From Phoronis australis (Eukaryota > Animalia > Phoronida): DNA of 64,000 nt. A model generated the notes under the pieces. The model saw only the letters and a program-made list of their open reading frames with translations. It had not been told where the DNA came from and searched no databases. Both the position numbers and the translations under genes were made by a program. This document shows, piece by piece, positions 61,301 to 64,000 of this stretch. Location: the NCBI GenBank assembly GCA_002633005.1, contig NMRA01000905.1, forward strand, positions 1-64,000, in the 5' to 3' direction. Position 1 is the first letter of the stretch, and every line of letters starts with the position of its first letter.

Positions 61301-62924
61301 CTTGGTCAAAAGACGAAGTATATTCGCTCTAAACCTCTAGACACTTACTTCAAATTTCGTAATTTAGAAGAGCTATATACGACTCCGCGTTACATGTCAT
61401 ACACATTTAAAAATTTCATTCGCTAAAAGATACAACTGTATGTTTCAAAGTGTAAAATAATTGGACTCCTAAGCAAGGGATTACTCAGCCAGACGGCCAG
61501 AATGATATTTTGGATGGGTTCGACGGGATCGGTTAGAATGAAGAGTGTTGGCAAAATTTTAAAAAACTTGAAATGATGACCACTTTCTCAATATTAATGG
61601 CTGGTAGGGAGTCGCTCAAAGAAATGGACCATCAGTAATTTCAGAAATTAGAAATTTAATGCACAAAAAGTGCATTTTCAATATTTCGCGGGCCCCGCGA
61701 CACAGATCGGTTAGAATAACGGTAGAATGCCATTTTTCCAACACCGTTAAATAATCTAGGGTAATTGTTTACAATCCGACTCCATTAACGTACATACTTG
61801 ATACTACTATTTTCTGAATCTTCGAGTCGTGGTGATTCCAAAAAATGTATTACTCGTACTGATTGGTCGATTATCAGTCACAATTTCCAAGTTTTTCCCA
61901 AGTGTTCATTTGCAACGCGGATTTAGTGAGGCAGCCATTATTAAAAGTGCGACACCTGTCGGCAGGATTGATAACTAACGATTAAACGCGAGATGTCAAG
62001 TGTTTTCTAGGACGACATTTGTCCATGAGAACACACACTCTCGTGTTTTTTCTAATGAAGTTTTGAAGAGGGAATCCTTTATAAATGACTATTACTGTTT
62101 TTTTCAAAGTTTCCCTAACATTCCACGCGGTATCTTCAACATACTAGCCAATTTTGGGGTCTTTTTGACACATGCATGATCGTTGTAGTTATCATTCCTG
62201 CCGACAGGTGTCGCAGTTTTATAATGGCGGTCACTCGAGATCGGCTGCCGCAAATGAACAGCTTGTATAAAACAGTGAATGCATGAATAAAAAGAGCCTA
62301 ATCGGTACGAGTAATACATTTTTGGAATCACCATGATCACCCTGACGAGAGGACTCAGAAAATGTTAATATCAAGTATGTACGTTAATGGAGTCGGATTG
62401 TAAACAATAACCTAATCTAGTTTACTCAAGGAAGACTGTAGTTTTTAATGACACTAATTTTGTGTCAGATTTTATCTTACCACTTTTTTACACCCACATC
62501 GGCGCAATGCTGTATATTTAGTAGTAAAATTTAGTATACAGCTTTTGTACCAAGCCTTGGTCTGTCACAGAGCTGTTTTATATGCTATTGACTGACCCTA
62601 ACAAGAAGATTAGATAATCAACACGTCCAGGACTAACTTACCATTTGCATCGTATAAGCTAATGCACGAAACTCCCATCCCTATACACCACACACATAAG
62701 TTCGCCAAATCATGACACGAGACATCGTTTTCACAAATCAAAAAACCAACGTGAACTGGAAGTTTGGATAAAGTTTGTGAATCCTTGATTAGATCTGCAG
62801 GGTTTTTGTGATATGCTTCAAATAACCACTTCTTTGAGGGAAATCCAAGTATGAGATGAGCCAAAGTTGTCTTCAACCAAATCAAATAGTGTATAACAAG
62901 TAATATCCACTTGCAAATACCCAT
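46345..62924 (-). CDS. NUS1: Dehydrodolichyl diphosphate synthase complex subunit NUS1 / Nogo-B receptor (~252 aa, 5 exons)
   Basis: Exons on -: 62924-62642, 51636-51511, 50672-50514, 48861-48762, 46435-46345. All are GT-AG with consistent phases, 759 nt in total. Motifs: [74 protein letters not shown], and the C-terminal RxG motif CNQRFGK*. Confidence 0.95.
46539..48580 (+). mobile_element. Helentron/HINE-like non-autonomous element with degenerate ~140-bp internal tandem units (NUS1 intron 4)
   Basis: 5' ACAAGAG...ATATGCCCAC. Repeated blocks CAAATTTCA..AA..ATC.....AGGG....GAGATACAG..AAATTGCCACTAGG. 3' stem-loop ATGCGCCCACATAT/ATATGTGAGCACAT (48548-48577). No TSD. The class assignment rests on structure only. 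Confidence 0.65.
49838..50292 (-). mobile_element. Truncated inverted copy of the 2.2-kb hAT-like element at 56659
   Basis: The reverse complement matches 56660-57310 with an internal deletion (CTCGACATAACGAGCTGCAGGTC; AACACTAACCGAGAACAGCCCTCC). Confidence 0.8.
50716..50957. repeat. Local tandem triplication (~50-93-bp units) near the NUS1 exon 3 acceptor
   Basis: AAACTATATAGCAATGTAAGCACAAGAACTTGTACATGACTA(A/C)CCAGGACATTCATAA occurs three times. Confidence 0.9.
52074..52155 (+). mobile_element. 5'-truncated copy of the tRNA-SINE at 5883
   Basis: GAATCCTGGCTTCACAGGCAGACAATAGAGCATTGCACAA...CTGAGCTCGGTCTTACTAGTGA. Confidence 0.65.
52943..53085 (+). mobile_element. Two tandem ~72-bp MITEs (TIR CATGGGCGGCGC)
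   Basis: CATGGGCGGCGCTGCACTGAAAAAAGTGAGGGCTATAG...GGTGCGCCGCCCATG. Absent from the paralogous segment at ~55640. Confidence 0.8.
55147..55218 (+). mobile_element. 72-bp MITE with 5-bp TSD
   Basis: CATGTGCGGCAC...GTGCACCGCTCATG is flanked by TAGTT on both sides. The empty site TAGTTAAAT is present in the paralogous segment (~52525). Confidence 0.8.
56117..56345 (-). repeat. Interspersed repeat family also at ~61700-62557 and ~63810-64000 (unclassified DNA element)
   Basis: Reverse complement of AAGAAACTGGCCAATAG...GGCGCCGAAAGC...TAATGACACTAATTTTGT(G/A)TCAGATTTTAT. Confidence 0.7.
56659..58844 (+). mobile_element. 2.2-kb non-autonomous hAT-like element with 5-bp TSD
   Basis: TIRs CAGGGCTCGAC / GTCGAGCTCTG, with TAAAG on both flanks. 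TGCGACC/TGCGAGC subterminal repeats. Confidence 0.88.
59071..61092 (+). mobile_element. Second, 3'-truncated copy of the same hAT-like element, with a ~250-bp insertion at ~60720-60970
   Basis: Starts CAGGGCTTGACATAACG and is collinear with 56659-58502 up to TTAGCTACTC. Confidence 0.85.
61760..62412. mobile_element. Merlin/IS1016-like MITE with long TIRs and 8-bp TSD
   Basis: GGTAATTGTTTACAATCCGACTCCATTAACGTACATACTTGATA / TATCAAGTATGTACGTTAATGGAGTCGGATTGTAAACAATAACC. TAATCTAG on both flanks. An empty site exists in the host repeat at ~63935. Confidence 0.82.
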
Positions 62925-63130
62925 TTTACGTGACGAAATCTGAGATAGTCCTCGAACACCGCATGGACGAACAGACAGAGCCGGTAAAAGAGGTCAACTA
63001 GTCTCCGTTGACAAGTCGGCAACAACATGCAATTTGAGACCAGTTAATCCACGTCATCATTCGCCAGGTGTCCGTCGAAGTTGGTCATGTGGCTGAAGAA
63101 TGTCACATGATTTCTGTTTCGACCGGATAT
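62925..63130 (-). promoter_or_regulatory. Probable NUS1 5' UTR/promoter with UPRE/XBP1-like and E-box motifs
   Basis: CpG-rich stretch upstream of the ATG. TGATGACGTGG on - (63049-63059) and GTCACATGA (63102-63110). Confidence 0.45.
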
Positions 63131-63619
63131 TTATAGGGATCAGGAAAATAGCGAATGCACCATGGACAGTATTTTGTAAAGTTTGGCCAAGAAGAGAATA
63201 GGCTACAATTTGAATGACCATTGAACTGGTCGCTCGATTATAGTCTTTTGAATGCTGTTAGAAGAACAGAGGTTTATTTGGTGAGTAGACAGGAGCTGGC
63301 GTTTCTGGTAAAAAGCTAGCCAGCCAGCTAGCTGTATGATGACTGTCGTCAAAATACAGCTAGGTCCCACTGCGTGTATTTCTTCCGTAAACCCCGAAAT
63401 TGCACGCAGCCAGGGTAGTTCTGCTCGTCACCGTGCCGTGAAACTTGTATCAAAATGTAAAGCTAAAGACTGGACAGGGTGCATGCAAAATCTGGGAATC
63501 AACCAACACTCACCTTGCCCGTTACAGCCGTTTAAGTGAAAAACAATGCAATAAACGTCATTTTCTTGTGTAACTCTCCGCCTTTTCTAACAATGAAAAG
63601 TATGTCTTCGTTTTGAAAA

Positions 63620-64000
63620 TAATACGCTCGTGTCACGCGCACGCGCCATTTCCTAAATTTTCGCGACAACTTCGGAGAAGCAAAATTTCTTCTGAAATTC
63701 GGTTTTTCGGTATCGAAATTCTAAAAACTTGTAATGAAGTGAAACCAGTTCCAATAATTTGTTGTGACGTGTACGCAAGCTCGTGAAAGAACAGCAGTTG
63801 ATTGAAGAATCGGCGAAAAAAGAAACTGGCCAATAGGTGACGCAATATTTCGTGGCGCCGAAAGCTGTCGCTAAAGATCGCTCCACAACTTTAGCAGCAG
63901 AATAACGGTAGAACGCCATTTTTCCAACACTGTTAAATAATTTTGTTTACTCAAGGAAGCCTGTAGTTTTTAATGACACTAATTTTGTGTCAGATTTTAT
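63620..64000 (+). repeat. Copy of the unclassified interspersed repeat (runs off window end)
   Basis: Matches 61715-61755 plus 62421-62476, and the reverse complement of 56182-56335. Confidence 0.7.

Overview
Eukaryotic, AT-rich, intron-containing genomic DNA from an invertebrate animal. The p110 C-terminus looks protostome-like and the repeats resemble those of marine lophotrochozoans/molluscs, but the taxon is an inference. Two intact host genes lie tail-to-tail. One is a 23-coding-exon class IA PI3-kinase catalytic subunit (p110 beta/delta type, about 1068 aa, + strand, 19655-42321). The other is a 5-exon NUS1/NgBR cis-prenyltransferase subunit (about 252 aa, - strand, 46345-62924). The rest is a dense, nested set of mobile elements. 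These include a decayed LINE interrupted by a TA-flanked pogo/Tc2-type element that itself carries a hAT insertion; hAT-like MITEs with 5-, 6- and 8-bp target-site duplications; a Merlin-like MITE; a tRNA-derived SINE; and a Helentron/HINE-like element rich in CTCF-like motifs. The most interesting signal is a set of TA-flanked inverted-repeat elements with no recognisable DDE transposase that carry decayed DNA-repair or ubiquitin modules instead: a FEN1/XPG-like PIN nuclease plus CXC domain, a HIRAN domain, and RING-finger relics including an RBX1/APC11-like one. All domain calls are from motif reading by eye and need profile searches. There is an assembly gap at 12182-12293.
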